The translations under genes were made by a program, and so were the position numbers. A DNA stretch of 63,495 nucleotides, filler included, from Gemmatimonadota bacterium (GTDB lineage Bacteria; 4572-55; J002): the NCBI GenBank assembly GCA_003697105.1. It is 4 parts of 4 records of this genome, joined end to end, with 100 filler letters (N's around TTAATTAATTAA, not from the genome) between each part and the next. Parts side by side here need not be neighbours in the genome. Positions count along the whole stretch, not along the records: positions 24,224 to 53,754 come from RFFQ01000083.1; 3 more parts are not named here. The stretch is one strand, 5' to 3'. A model generated the notes under the pieces. That model did no database searches and was not told the DNA's origin. It saw only the letters and a list, made by a program, of their open reading frames with translations. Below, in pieces: positions 30,584 through 41,162 of the stretch (positions within the stretch are counted from its first letter, which is position 1; the number at the start of each line of letters is the position of its first letter).

Positions 30584-32477
30584 ATCTGCCGTAAAAGTTA
30601 TTAGCTATCTGATCGGCGTGATTGCCTATATCCCGCTGGCGGTGGAAATTTCCCCGTTTTATTCGGTGGCGTTTTGGGTGCTACTGGCACTGGCCATCTA
30701 TCAGGAGCGGCACGCCCATTTTTTGTTGCCTCGCTATGTATTAACCTTGGTATCCTTCATCTTTTTAGCACTCGCATTTTTGCGGTTGAACCGGGAAGAG
30801 GTCGTTGTGCCCATCATAGATGCTCTCACCATTTTCATGGCGATCAAGTTTCTGGAAGATAAAAAATTTCGCGATTACATGCAGATTTACGTAATTGCGG
30901 TCTTCATGCTTGCCGGATATGCGCTGATGTCTATCGATTTGATTTTTGTAGGCTATGTGATCGTCTTACTGATGCTGTTTACGGTGGCAAGCATATTATT
31001 AACCTACCATGCCCAAAGTCCCACATTGGAACTCGACCGGAAGACCCTGAAAACCATTATCAAACGGTCGATTTGGATTCCCATTTTATCGATTCCCGTC
31101 GCGGTGATCATCTTTACCGTGATTCCCCGCACGACAAATCCATTTTTCAATTTTTTGAATGTGGGCAGTAAAGCGCGGTCTGGGTTTTCCGATACCGTCA
31201 CGTTGGGGCAGGTCTCGGATATTCAAAATGACGAAAGCGTTATTTTCCGGGCAAAAATGGAACGGGTACCCGCTGAAAACCTCTATTGGCGGGGGGTGAT
31301 TCTCAATTATTTTGATGGAAATCAGTGGGAAAGCCGTGTCCCACCGGTGGCGAAAGCCCGTCAATATTTGGACGGCGAGCGCATCAAACAAACGATCTTT
31401 TTGGAGCCTTACGGACAACGGTATCTGTTTGCCTTGGATACCCCGTACCGGGCGTATGCGTGGCGGGTGAATGAATCCGAAGGACTGACCTTTACCATGC
31501 CATTTGCGATCTACCGCAAATACCGCTACGAGGCAATCTCGATCCTCTCCGACCTGATTTTTGTGAAAACAATCCCGCGAGAAATCTATCTCCAATTACC
31601 GGAAAACTTTTCACCCCGCATTCGGGAACTGGCAACGAAATTAGCCGTCAGCGGAGATGAGGTCGCCACGATTGACGCGATTTATCGCCATTTGCAGAGT
31701 GCGGCGTTTTCCTATACCCTCGATGACCTGCCAGTCTCGGCGTCACCGATTGAAACCTTTTTATTTGATAAGAAAACCGGTAATTGCGAATATTTTGCCT
31801 CCAGCATGGTCTTGCTCCTGCGGGCGGCAGGCATCCCCGCCCGAATGGTCGGGGGCTATCTGGGGGGAGAATATAATTCGAGCGGCGGATACTATCTGGT
31901 TACGCAGAAAAATGCCCACACGTGGGTAGAAGCCTATCTGGAAGGAATTGGCTGGGCACGGTACGACCCCACACCGGCAGAAGCGGCCTCTATTTTTGAT
32001 AATGATTACTTCTACCGGCTAAAATTGCTGTTTGACAGCCTTAATTTCTACTGGAACTCATTTGTCATCAACTATGATTTTCAGACACAGTTTGAACTCC
32101 TTCGCGCCTTGCGGGACCAGTTTCAACGCCCTAAAATGAACGTTTCTTTGAATCAAAATCAGGTTATGCGGTACATCGTGATGGGCATAGGATTGATCGT
32201 GCTTTTTGGATTTTTACGGACGTACCTATCCCGCCGGCAGTCTCCCGCCGAAAAAGTGATGGCGGCTTTCTTAGCGACACTCTCCCAACGGGGCTACGAA
32301 AAACAGCCCCATCAAGGTCTGGAAGAGTTTGTGGCAACCATCACCGATCCGGAGTTACAAACAAAAGCGCACCAGTTTGTCCGCCGGTATGAAAGTTTTT
32401 ACTACCGCGATCAGGAGATACCCCCAGCGGAAATTGAGAGTTTACAACACCTGATTAAGAATTTTCCCGATGCATGA
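30558..32477 (+). CDS. DUF3488 plus transglutaminase-like membrane protein (TgpA-like)
   Basis: Multiple TMs, SGFSDTV.LG, LYWRG, catalytic GNCEYFAS, HTWVEAY, YDPTP. Confidence 0.9.
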   Translation: MEPKPIKIESAVKVISYLIGVIAYIPLAVEISPFYSVAFWVLLALAIYQERHAHFLLPRYVLTLVSFIFLALAFLRLNREEVVVPIIDALTIFMAIKFLEDKKFRDYMQIYVIAVFMLAGYALMSIDLIFVGYVIVLLMLFTVASILLTYHAQSPTLELDRKTLKTIIKRSIWIPILSIPVAVIIFTVIPRTTNPFFNFLNVGSKARSGFSDTVTLGQVSDIQNDESVIFRAKMERVPAENLYWRGVILNYFDGNQWESRVPPVAKARQYLDGERIKQTIFLEPYGQRYLFALDTPYRAYAWRVNESEGLTFTMPFAIYRKYRYEAISILSDLIFVKTIPREIYLQLPENFSPRIRELATKLAVSGDEVATIDAIYRHLQSAAFSYTLDDLPVSASPIETFLFDKKTGNCEYFASSMVLLLRAAGIPARMVGGYLGGEYNSSGGYYLVTQKNAHTWVEAYLEGIGWARYDPTPAEAASIFDNDYFYRLKLLFDSLNFYWNSFVINYDFQTQFELLRALRDQFQRPKMNVSLNQNQVMRYIVMGIGLIVLFGFLRTYLSRRQSPAEKVMAAFLATLSQRGYEKQPHQGLEEFVATITDPELQTKAHQFVRRYESFYYRDQEIPPAEIESLQHLIKNFPDA

Positions 32478-33466
32478 ACATCTTGTACCTCACTCATAGA
32501 CCCGGTTTCGGGACAGGTTCCGGGGTTTATGCCCGGCAAGTCATCAACGCCATGGTCAAACGGCATCATGTGCGGCTCTACACCTCCCCGGCAGATTTGG
32601 ATTCCCCCTGGGATGTGGTGCATGTCTTAGACCTGAAACACTTTGATCCCCGGGTACGTGCGCGGATTACCTGCCCCTTGCTAATCGATGTTCATGATTA
32701 TTATTGGACCCAATTTTACCCTTTTTTCACGCCAGACCTGCCCGTGCGTTGGCTGTTGCAACGATACCGGCAACCCCGATATGCACGAATTTTACAGCAA
32801 GCCGATGGGGTTATTGTGCATAGCCGCTATGTGGCAAAAGCTATCGGCTACCCGGCGGCACATCAGGTGCGTTTAGGGGTTGATCCGGCAGTATTGGATG
32901 CCCCGCTAAAACAGCGTCTCGCGGACACTCCCCCTTGGATCATCTCCGTGGGGCGGGATTATTTTCGTAAAGGGTTTATCCCCCTATGGCAAGCATTCCG
33001 AGAGGTCAAAAAAGCGATACCGGCAGCACGTTTGACAATTATCGGGCGTGAATTTTTCCATACCCGGTTCGTGGCAAAGATGCTCGCTGCCATGACCCCG
33101 CAAATGGAGATCATTAACGGGCTTTTGCCGGCAGAGGTAATACCGTGGTACCATCGAGCAAGCTTGTTCGTCCTGCCATCCCACATCGAAGCATTTGGCA
33201 TGACGATTTTAGAAGCCATGTCTGCCGGTGTGCCGGTGGTTGCTACCCGTGTCGGTGGCATCCCTGAGATTATTGAGTCCGGTAAAAATGGCTGGTTGGT
33301 GCCGCCCAACAATCCAGAGGCGCTCTCTCGGCAAATTATTACCCTTTTACAGCAAGTGAACCTCGTGGAGCCGGTCATCCACGCTGCCCGGCAGACGGTG
33401 CGGCAACAGTTCACCCTAGATCACACCATCACCGACCTAGAAAAGGTATATAAGGCTTATACATGA
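32474..33466 (+). CDS. Glycosyltransferase family 4
   Basis: VGR...KG, FVLPSHIEAFGMTILEAMSAGVPVVATRVGGIPEII. Confidence 0.9.
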   Translation: MNILYLTHRPGFGTGSGVYARQVINAMVKRHHVRLYTSPADLDSPWDVVHVLDLKHFDPRVRARITCPLLIDVHDYYWTQFYPFFTPDLPVRWLLQRYRQPRYARILQQADGVIVHSRYVAKAIGYPAAHQVRLGVDPAVLDAPLKQRLADTPPWIISVGRDYFRKGFIPLWQAFREVKKAIPAARLTIIGREFFHTRFVAKMLAAMTPQMEIINGLLPAEVIPWYHRASLFVLPSHIEAFGMTILEAMSAGVPVVATRVGGIPEIIESGKNGWLVPPNNPEALSRQIITLLQQVNLVEPVIHAARQTVRQQFTLDHTITDLEKVYKAYT

Positions 33467-33876
33467 TGAATCGACGCAAAATTACCCTGAACCAGCAACC
33501 CCCGGTGATCACCCACAGTCCGGCAGAAACCCACCAGTGGGGACGCCAATTTGCCAAATCGTTAGTTCCGGGGACGGTTGTTGCCCTGTACGGCGAATTG
33601 GGAGCGGGAAAAACGCACCTCACCCAAGGTATTTGTGCGGCGTTTAACGTGACCGAACCCGTTACCAGCCCCACATTTACGCTTATCAACGAGTATCAGG
33701 GCGATCTACCCATCTATCATTTTGATTGCTACCGGATTCACTCCACGTGGGAATTAATTGATATGGGAGCAGAAGAGTACTTCGAGGGGGAAGGTATTTG
33801 TTTGGTGGAGTGGGCGGAACGTGTCGCGGATATTCTGCCACCCGACACCCAGCACATCCGTTTGGAATATATTTGA
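33463..33876 (+). CDS. tsaE: tRNA t6A biosynthesis ATPase TsaE
   Basis: LYGELGAGKT, VTSPTFTLINEY, YHFDCYR, VEWAER. Confidence 0.93.
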   Translation: MMNRRKITLNQQPPVITHSPAETHQWGRQFAKSLVPGTVVALYGELGAGKTHLTQGICAAFNVTEPVTSPTFTLINEYQGDLPIYHFDCYRIHSTWELIDMGAEEYFEGEGICLVEWAERVADILPPDTQHIRLEYI

Positions 33877-33924
33877 ATTGATTAGCGAGTCAAACCAGCA
33901 CCGGTCAACGTGCCGGATGATTGG

Positions 33925-35217
33925 CTACCGGTAATCAATTTCGCGCCCATGGCCGGCAAAAAATTGCCCTTTATGATACGCCACCTGCCCGTTAACCACG
34001 GTCAACCAGTTTTTCCCGATTACCTCCCGCCCAGCAAATGGCGAATATTTGGCTTTGGTTTCAAACTGGTCTGGATCAATCGTCCAGCGGTAATCGAAGT
34101 CAACGGCGATAATATCCGCATAGTTGCCAACTTTAATTTCACCCCGATTCGCAATGCCCAGCGCCCGGGCGACATTACCGGATGTCATGCGGGCAAGTTG
34201 GGTCAGGTCAAGTGTTCCCCGGTGGACTTCAGTGAGCAGGAGGGGTAACAACGTTTCCAACCCGGGAAAACCGGAAGGTGCTTGAGCATATTCACGGGAT
34301 TTTTCATCAAGTCCGTGGGGGGCATGGTCCGTACCGAACGTATCGGCGACACCCTGTTGCAGGGCACGAAGCGTCGCCTGTTGGTCGCTCCGGTCCCGAA
34401 TAGGCGGGTTGACTTTACCCCAGTTCCCTACCTGTGCCAAAATCGATGTATCCAGCAAGAGATGGTGCGGTGTGATCTCGCACGTAACCCGAACGCCGCG
34501 ATCCTTGGCAGCTTGAATCATCTCAAACTCCTCCGCCACGGATGTATGGACAATATAAAGCCGATTTTTCATCTCCTCTGCCAACTTTAGGATAATACGC
34601 GTCGCCTCCACCGCACATTTGGGATGGCGGATATGGTTGTGATTCAGAATTGACGGCTCAAACTGGGCTTCATGCGCTTCCACACACGCTTGGACTTCAC
34701 TATGCACCAACACCGGCTTATCGAGTTGGTGGGCAAGGTGGAAAATAGCGCGCAGGGCATCGGGGTCCTGCACACAAAAGTCAGAACTGGATTCTGCCAT
34801 AAACACCTTGATTCCGGCAATATTATGGGCAGTTTCGATGTCACTCAAGTTGGTCTCAGTCGCCCCAAAATGGAGTCCCCAATTGACCCGCGATTTCTGC
34901 GCTGCTTCCCGTTTGGCGGCAAGCCCTGCCGCATCAACGGTACGGGGTTGGGTATTGGGCATATCCAAAAGGGTCGTCACGCCGCCAGAGACCGCCGCAC
35001 GCGAGGCAGTGAGCCAATCCTCCTTATAACTCAAGCCCATATCCCGCACATGCACATGGGGGTCGATCAGCCCGGGTAGGACTACCCGGTGGGCAACATC
35101 GATCACTTCCGTTGCAGAGGGCTGGTCAGTCCCGATGTAAGCAATCCGGTCTGCCTCAATCAATATATGAACTGGCTCTTGTCCCATTAATTTACAATTT
35201 TTCAATAGAATAGACAT
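33925..35217 (-). CDS. pyrC: Dihydroorotase (type I, multifunctional-complex type)
   Basis: PGLIDPHVHVRD, DMPNT, CEITPHHL, KVNPPIR, TDHAPH. Confidence 0.88.
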   Translation of the reverse strand: MSILLKNCKLMGQEPVHILIEADRIAYIGTDQPSATEVIDVAHRVVLPGLIDPHVHVRDMGLSYKEDWLTASRAAVSGGVTTLLDMPNTQPRTVDAAGLAAKREAAQKSRVNWGLHFGATETNLSDIETAHNIAGIKVFMAESSSDFCVQDPDALRAIFHLAHQLDKPVLVHSEVQACVEAHEAQFEPSILNHNHIRHPKCAVEATRIILKLAEEMKNRLYIVHTSVAEEFEMIQAAKDRGVRVTCEITPHHLLLDTSILAQVGNWGKVNPPIRDRSDQQATLRALQQGVADTFGTDHAPHGLDEKSREYAQAPSGFPGLETLLPLLLTEVHRGTLDLTQLARMTSGNVARALGIANRGEIKVGNYADIIAVDFDYRWTIDPDQFETKAKYSPFAGREVIGKNWLTVVNGQVAYHKGQFFAGHGREIDYR

Positions 35218-35249
35218 ACAAAACACCTCTTTTTCATGACGGGATTCCA

Positions 35250-35873
35250 TCAGATGTCAATGATATGGGCGATGGCGTCCACCACGTCCTCCACCGAAAA
35301 TTCTTGCGTACCGTCCAAAATCACGGCATTCGGATGCTCCAATAACCAGTTGTCGTGCAAAGATTCCAAGTGAAGCAGATAATCTAGCGGTATTTCGCTT
35401 TCCTCGCCCCGGGCGCGCTGGTGAATGCGCTCCAGACAGAGCTCCGCCGGAGTCCGTAAATACAAGATACAATCCGGCTCGACGCAATAATTAGAGGCTA
35501 AAAACTCCCACAGTCCCACATACACTTCCCATTCCGCATCTGTCATAAAACCGGATTGGTGCAGGTTTTGGGCAAACACATAGCGGTCGGTAAAAATGGA
35601 GCGTTCCAACAGCACCAACCGGTGGTCTGTCATCTCCAGAATTTCTTTCCATGTTTTGGCACGGGTGGTAAATGCCATGATCTGGAACGTAAATGACCAG
35701 CGGGTCATGTCATGATAAAAATCATTGAGTAAATTAGAAGCAAAACCGGTCTTCCACTTCTCAACCGGCTCTTCAATGAAGCCAAATTTACCGGACTCCC
35801 GTAAGCGATGCCCCACCGTGGTTTTTCCGGCACCAATGTTTCCTTCAATCAGTATCATTTTTCGATTCTCCAC
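35250..35873 (-). CDS. Deoxynucleoside kinase
   Basis: IEGNIGAGKTT, EEPV, ERSIFTDRYVFA, RIHQRARGEE. Confidence 0.92.
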   Translation of the reverse strand: MENRKMILIEGNIGAGKTTVGHRLRESGKFGFIEEPVEKWKTGFASNLLNDFYHDMTRWSFTFQIMAFTTRAKTWKEILEMTDHRLVLLERSIFTDRYVFAQNLHQSGFMTDAEWEVYVGLWEFLASNYCVEPDCILYLRTPAELCLERIHQRARGEESEIPLDYLLHLESLHDNWLLEHPNAVILDGTQEFSVEDVVDAIAHIIDI

Positions 35874-35914
35874 AACAAATATCTCCTCAACGATGTAACG
35901 GTGAATTCACCATC

Positions 35915-35940
35915 AAAAAAAGGGCAGCTGGAACTGCCCC
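35915..35940 (-). terminator. Terminator after ilvE
   Basis: GGGCAG/CTGCCC stem followed by T7 on the minus strand. Confidence 0.65.
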
Positions 35941-35968
35941 TTTGTACATGTTACCCTCATGGCTGAGA

Positions 35969-36910
35969 TTATTCAACGATAGTCAACCAGCCGTGACGGT
36001 CTTCGGTTTCCATATTGATAATTTTGAAAAATTCAGTCTTCAGAGCCATCGCCACTTCTCCCGGTTTACCCGTGCCGATTTGAATTTTATCAATCTTGAC
36101 AATGGGGGTGACTTCTGCCGCACTACCGGTAAAAAAGACTTCATCCGCCATATACAGCTCTTCGCGGGCAATTTGACGTTCGATAATCTCAAGACCGAGG
36201 TCACGTGCCAACGTCAGGATGGAATCGCGGGTGATACCCATCAGAATAGACGCAGAAACCGGCGGTGTAATCAGCTTGCCATTGCGCACGATAAAAATAT
36301 TCTCACCGCTACCTTCACATACATAGCCGTAGGTATCCAGCGCAATGCCTTCTACCACGCCATTCAACACCGCTTCCATCTTGATCAGTTGGGAATTCAT
36401 GTAGTTGGCGCCGGATTTCACTTGTGCTGGGAAGGTGTTCGGCGCCATACGGGTCCACGTTGAAACTTGAACTTCCACGCCATCCGCCGCGCCTTCCAGA
36501 TAATCTCCCATTTCGCAAGCGGCAATAACCATGTGCATCGGGCTACCAAACGGAAGAACGCCTAGCGTACCAAATCCACGAAACACAATCGGGCGTAAAT
36601 AGCAGGACTGAAAGCCATTGACCCGTACCACCTCTAAAATGCCGTTTGCCATATCCTCTTTCGTGAATTTTAGCCCGTTTTCACCTTGGTCCATCCGATA
36701 AACTTTAACACCGTTAAACAACCGCTCTACATGATCCGCCAACCGGAAAACCCCCGGACCCTTCGGTGTCGCATAACACCGCCCGCCTTCAAAAATACTG
36801 GAGCCGTAATGAACCACGTGCGATAAAACATGGATTTTAGCTTCGTCAAAATCAACAATTTTACCATCAAACCATATCTTTTCATGTCCCTTAAACTGAA
36901 TACTCATCAT
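35969..36910 (-). CDS. ilvE: Branched-chain amino acid aminotransferase
   Basis: HYGSSIFEG, YLRPI, KSGANY, EGSGENIF, GITR, TGSAAEVTP; SD AGGAGG. Confidence 0.95.
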   Translation of the reverse strand: MMSIQFKGHEKIWFDGKIVDFDEAKIHVLSHVVHYGSSIFEGGRCYATPKGPGVFRLADHVERLFNGVKVYRMDQGENGLKFTKEDMANGILEVVRVNGFQSCYLRPIVFRGFGTLGVLPFGSPMHMVIAACEMGDYLEGAADGVEVQVSTWTRMAPNTFPAQVKSGANYMNSQLIKMEAVLNGVVEGIALDTYGYVCEGSGENIFIVRNGKLITPPVSASILMGITRDSILTLARDLGLEIIERQIAREELYMADEVFFTGSAAEVTPIVKIDKIQIGTGKPGEVAMALKTEFFKIINMETEDRHGWLTIVE

Positions 36911-37269
36911 TAACCTCCTCTGAAAAATAATTAAGTAGTAATAAAAAAAACAAAATAATTTATGAGTAAACCACCTCTCGCGCCGCAGGTGAATATCATT
37001 TTTTTTCATCAAAAAGTCAAGATAAATCGACTAAAAGGTATAAAATTGGCAGACCATACGGTTTTTCAAAACAGACTCAACAGGTCTCACCAAGGATACG
37101 TTGAAATTTTTTTGTTGGTCATACCTAATGTGAAAAGGTTTTGATGGTTTTGTGAGATTTACCCCTATTTTGGGGGTTGACAAACTTGGAAGATTACCCT
37201 TATGATTGCGCATATCTTACAAGTTGTAAATTCGATCTTTTTAAGACCTTTTTGCTGAGGAGTTCACGA

Positions 37270-37806
37270 ATGAAAAAATTTATAGTTTATGGATTGGTTG
37301 CATTGTTGATCCCCACCTTGAGTTTTGCCAAATCCAAGCAAGCCCCCTCTGAAAAAACCGGCGCTCCGGGTCAAAAAAGCTGCGTGCAGTGCCACAAAGA
37401 TAATGACGTGAATAGTGGCAAGGGGAAAATTGTCATCAATGCGCCGCAAACATTTGAAGCCGGAAAGACCTACCCCATTACCATTGAACTGGTCGATCCA
37501 CAACAGATGCGGTGGGGCTTCCAGTTGACAACCTTAGGCGCTGGAACCCTTAGCATCAGCGATAGTACCCACACCCAACTGGCAGAAGGCAAAAACGACG
37601 GTTTTCAGTATGTGGGGCACACAAAAACGGGTACATTTGCGGGTCAGAAGGAGATGGCAAGCTGGACCTTCAACTGGACGGCTCCGGCAGAGACCAAAGA
37701 AGTCACCTTTTACGCCGCCGGTAACGCCGCGAATAATAATGAGAAAAAAACAGGGGATTTCATCTATATCAGTAAATTCATCAGCAAACTTGCAGAATCC
37801 GAATAA
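37270..37806 (+). CDS. Secreted Reeler-like / choice-of-anchor-V-like protein with CxxCH
   Basis: Signal peptide, TGAPGQKSCVQCH, GFQLT, WTFNWTAP, FYAAGNAAN..GD.IY; upstream TTGACA-18-TATGAT. Confidence 0.75.
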   Translation: MKKFIVYGLVALLIPTLSFAKSKQAPSEKTGAPGQKSCVQCHKDNDVNSGKGKIVINAPQTFEAGKTYPITIELVDPQQMRWGFQLTTLGAGTLSISDSTHTQLAEGKNDGFQYVGHTKTGTFAGQKEMASWTFNWTAPAETKEVTFYAAGNAANNNEKKTGDFIYISKFISKLAESE

Positions 37807-37978
37807 CATCGATTCGCCATCACCGTTCTTTTTGCTCGAATCCTTACGGTTCGGGCATTTTTATTTGCTCCACCGCGAGGAATCGATGTGAAGAGTAATT
37901 GACAATTCCCCCCAAATTCATATATTGAAGGGCAAATCTTACCGACTGCACTTATCTTACCTCAATAAGGAGTACGTA

Positions 37979-39781
37979 ATGACTGCATATAATCCGCAAT
38001 GGGACTTGGAAACCATATTTGCCGGTGGTAGTACTTCCACCGCATTACAAGCCGCTTGGCAAGAGGTAAACGATGCCTATCAAGCCATACTGGATCAATG
38101 GGATCAGTTTCCGGCGGAATTAACCCCCGCTACTGAAGACCGGTGGGTCGAGCTGATCCACCAATTAGAGACCCTCACCCGCCAACAGCGCGAAATCAGC
38201 GCATTTGTGGGGTGTCTGTTGGCACAGAACGTCCGTGATGAAAAAGCCTACCAGTTGCTGGATCAAGTGACCCAGATTAGCACCAAATCCAAGATTATCG
38301 GTACCCAGTTGGCGGCACTGTACCGGGAGCAAGATCAAGCGAATTGGGAACATTTTCTGGCACACCCGGAAATCCAGCCGATTGCGTTTGCCTTAGAAGA
38401 ACGGCGTGAAATTGGGCGCTCTAAAATGGCAACCGATAAAGAAATTTTGGTGGAAGAACTTGCCGCTGATGGTTATACGGCATGGGGCAAGCTCTACAAC
38501 CGCATCGCCGGTGATTTAGAAGCCGATTTTGAAGAAAACGGTACGACCCGGCGTCTTTCCATGAGCCAACTGGCATCAAAATTATCCCATCCCCAACGGG
38601 AAGTCCGGCAACGGGCATTTGAAACGTTTGAAGCTAAGTGGCAATCTGTGGCGCCATTGACGGCAATGACACTCAATTTTTTGGGCGGTTTCCGACACAC
38701 GATGTACAAACACCGCCATTGGGATTCTATCTTACAAGAACCCCTGCAACAAAGCCGCTTGAAGCCAGAGACACTCCACCAGATGTGGTCGGTCATCCAG
38801 CAGGAAAGCCCCCGTTTAGGTGCCTATTTTAAGGCAAAAGCCAAATTGCTGGGGATCGATCAACTGACCTGGTACGATGTGAACGCACCCGTCGGTGCCC
38901 CCGATCAACGCTACACCTATGATGAAGCCTGCAAGTTCATCATCCAGCAACATCAAAAATTTGATCCCCAACTCGCCGAATTTTCCCAAATGGCGATGGA
39001 AAAACGATGGATTGAAGCCGAAGACCGTGCCGGCAAACAGGCGGGTGGGTTTTGTACCGGTTTTCCAAAAAGTGAGCAATGGCGCATCTTTATGACCTTC
39101 ACCGGCACATACGATAATCTAGCAACATTAGCGCACGAACTGGGCCATGCCTATCACGGCTGGGTAATGCGCGATTTGCCGCTCTATATCCGGCACTATC
39201 CCATGACCCTTGCCGAAACCGCAAGTACGTTTAGCGAAGCCATTGTCGCCGATGGCGCTTACTCCACAGCGACCACCGACGCTGAAAAACTCTTTTTGCT
39301 CGATATTAAACTGAGTGACGCCGTCGCTTTCATGATGAATATTCAAGCCCGATACCTGTTTGAACTCTCATTTTATGAAGCACGAAAAACCGGAGCGCAA
39401 CCGGTGGACGCCCTAAATCAATTGATGTTGGACGCCCAGAAAAAAGCCTTCAACGGTTTTTTTGCGGAAGATGGCTACCATCCGCTGTTCTGGGCATCCA
39501 AGCTCCATTTTTACATTACGGAAGCACCGTTTTACAACTTCCCCTACACCTTTGGCTACCTGTTTAGCAACGGGATTTACCAGCGGTCGCTGGATGGCGA
39601 TCCCAATTTTGCCCAAAAATATGTCGATTTGCTCCGCGATACCGGACGAATGACCTGCGAAGATGTGGCACAACGCCATTTGGGGGTTGATTTGACCCAA
39701 CCCGACTTTTGGAAAGATGCTTGTGACCACGTTCTCAGTGGTGTGGATGAGTTTGTGACCCTTGCAGAAAAATTAGCATAA
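37979..39781 (+). CDS. pepF: Oligoendopeptidase F (M3B)
   Basis: WDLETIF, RAGKQAGGFCT, TLAHELGHAYH, AETAS, FYNFPYTFG. Confidence 0.9.
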   Translation: MTAYNPQWDLETIFAGGSTSTALQAAWQEVNDAYQAILDQWDQFPAELTPATEDRWVELIHQLETLTRQQREISAFVGCLLAQNVRDEKAYQLLDQVTQISTKSKIIGTQLAALYREQDQANWEHFLAHPEIQPIAFALEERREIGRSKMATDKEILVEELAADGYTAWGKLYNRIAGDLEADFEENGTTRRLSMSQLASKLSHPQREVRQRAFETFEAKWQSVAPLTAMTLNFLGGFRHTMYKHRHWDSILQEPLQQSRLKPETLHQMWSVIQQESPRLGAYFKAKAKLLGIDQLTWYDVNAPVGAPDQRYTYDEACKFIIQQHQKFDPQLAEFSQMAMEKRWIEAEDRAGKQAGGFCTGFPKSEQWRIFMTFTGTYDNLATLAHELGHAYHGWVMRDLPLYIRHYPMTLAETASTFSEAIVADGAYSTATTDAEKLFLLDIKLSDAVAFMMNIQARYLFELSFYEARKTGAQPVDALNQLMLDAQKKAFNGFFAEDGYHPLFWASKLHFYITEAPFYNFPYTFGYLFSNGIYQRSLDGDPNFAQKYVDLLRDTGRMTCEDVAQRHLGVDLTQPDFWKDACDHVLSGVDEFVTLAEKLA

Positions 39782-39787
39782 ATCCAG

Positions 39788-40399
39788 ATGTTACAAGCCG
39801 CATTTACCACCCACCGTATCGAAGCAGGGGTAGATGAGGTCGGGCGAGGGTGTCTGGCGGGACCCGTCGTAGCAGCAGCAGTCATTTTACCCCGCCATTT
39901 TCAGAATGAAATGCTGACGGATTCCAAAAAATTGACCGCCGCCCAACGCGATACCCTCCGCTACGTCATTGAAGCTCAAGCCGTTAGTTACGCCATTGCC
40001 GAAGCCAGCCCCGCCGAGATTGACCAGATCAACATCCTGAATGCCTCCTTTTTGGCAATGCACCGCGCATTGGAGCAACTACAGCCCCAACCCGAGCTGA
40101 TTTTAGTGGATGGGAATCGATTTACACCCTACGGACACACACCGCACAAGTGCATTGTTAAAGGGGATGGCGTCTTCATGGCAATTGCGGCGGCATCGAT
40201 CCTCGCCAAAACCTATCGCGACCATCTCATGCGCCAGTTGGCAGACCAGTACCCAGAATATGGCTGGCAGACCAATGCTGGTTATCCCACAAAAGCCCAC
40301 CGGGCGGCAATTCAAAAGTTTGGGATTACCCCATGGCACCGAAAATCATTCCGGTTACTACCGGAACAAATCCATTTGGACTTTAATGTTGGAGATTGA
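39788..40399 (+). CDS. rnhB: Ribonuclease HII
   Basis: [41 protein letters not shown]. Confidence 0.96.
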   Translation: MLQAAFTTHRIEAGVDEVGRGCLAGPVVAAAVILPRHFQNEMLTDSKKLTAAQRDTLRYVIEAQAVSYAIAEASPAEIDQINILNASFLAMHRALEQLQPQPELILVDGNRFTPYGHTPHKCIVKGDGVFMAIAAASILAKTYRDHLMRQLADQYPEYGWQTNAGYPTKAHRAAIQKFGITPWHRKSFRLLPEQIHLDFNVGD

Positions 40400-40401
40400 T
40401 T

Positions 40402-41091
40402 ATGAAATTCGGCGTGGTACTATTCCCGGCATCGAACTGTGCCGAAGATGCTTTTTACGTCCTCTCCTCCGTGCTGGGACAACCAACCCGTTATGTGTGG
40501 CACAAGGAGACCCATCTTAACGATTTAGACGCCGTGGTAATTCCCGGCGGCTTCTCCTATGGAGATTATTTGCGACCGGGTGCAATCGCCCATCTCTCCC
40601 CAGCCATGCAGGCAATTAAAGAATTTGCCGAACAAGGAAAATTGGTGATCGGCATCTGCAACGGGTTTCAAATCTTGACGGAATCCGGCTTATTACCCGG
40701 CGCATTGCTCCGTAATAAAGGCTTAAAATTTATCTGCCAAGACCAATATTTGCGTGTAGAACACACCAACAGCCCCTTTACCCGAAATTATACCCCTCAA
40801 GAAGTCATCAATTGCCCGATTGCCCATAACGAAGGGAATTATTATGTTGATGATGATACATTGCAGGAAATGATCGAATATCATCAAATTTTGTTCCGGT
40901 ATTGTAGCCCTGAAGGAAGCACCAACCCTGCCTATAACCCCAACGGAGCGGCCAGCAATATCGCTGGAGTGACCAACAAACGGGGAAATGTCCTCGGAAT
41001 GATGCCGCACCCAGAACGCACATCCGACTCCGTACTAGGTAATACCGATGGCTTGCGGATTTTTCAGTCCATGCTGGAATCGATCCAGTAG
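40402..41091 (+). CDS. purQ: FGAM synthase glutaminase subunit
   Basis: PGGFSYGDYLR, GICNGFQIL, GMMPHPER. Confidence 0.96.
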   Translation: MKFGVVLFPASNCAEDAFYVLSSVLGQPTRYVWHKETHLNDLDAVVIPGGFSYGDYLRPGAIAHLSPAMQAIKEFAEQGKLVIGICNGFQILTESGLLPGALLRNKGLKFICQDQYLRVEHTNSPFTRNYTPQEVINCPIAHNEGNYYVDDDTLQEMIEYHQILFRYCSPEGSTNPAYNPNGAASNIAGVTNKRGNVLGMMPHPERTSDSVLGNTDGLRIFQSMLESIQ

Positions 41092-41162
41092 CTTCAAACT
41101 TCGATGGGTACAAGTAACCCCCACCGTTTCCTCTTTACATTCAGTGTCGGAGATCATCCCCT

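Noticed and set aside
33860-33935. TsaE seems slightly short at the C-terminus (possible frameshift)
   Set aside because: All catalytic motifs are present, and no convincing continuation in another frame could be established.
41092-41162. SAM or cobalamin riboswitch before metH
   Set aside because: Only about 70 nt of intergenic sequence and no recognisable aptamer motifs.
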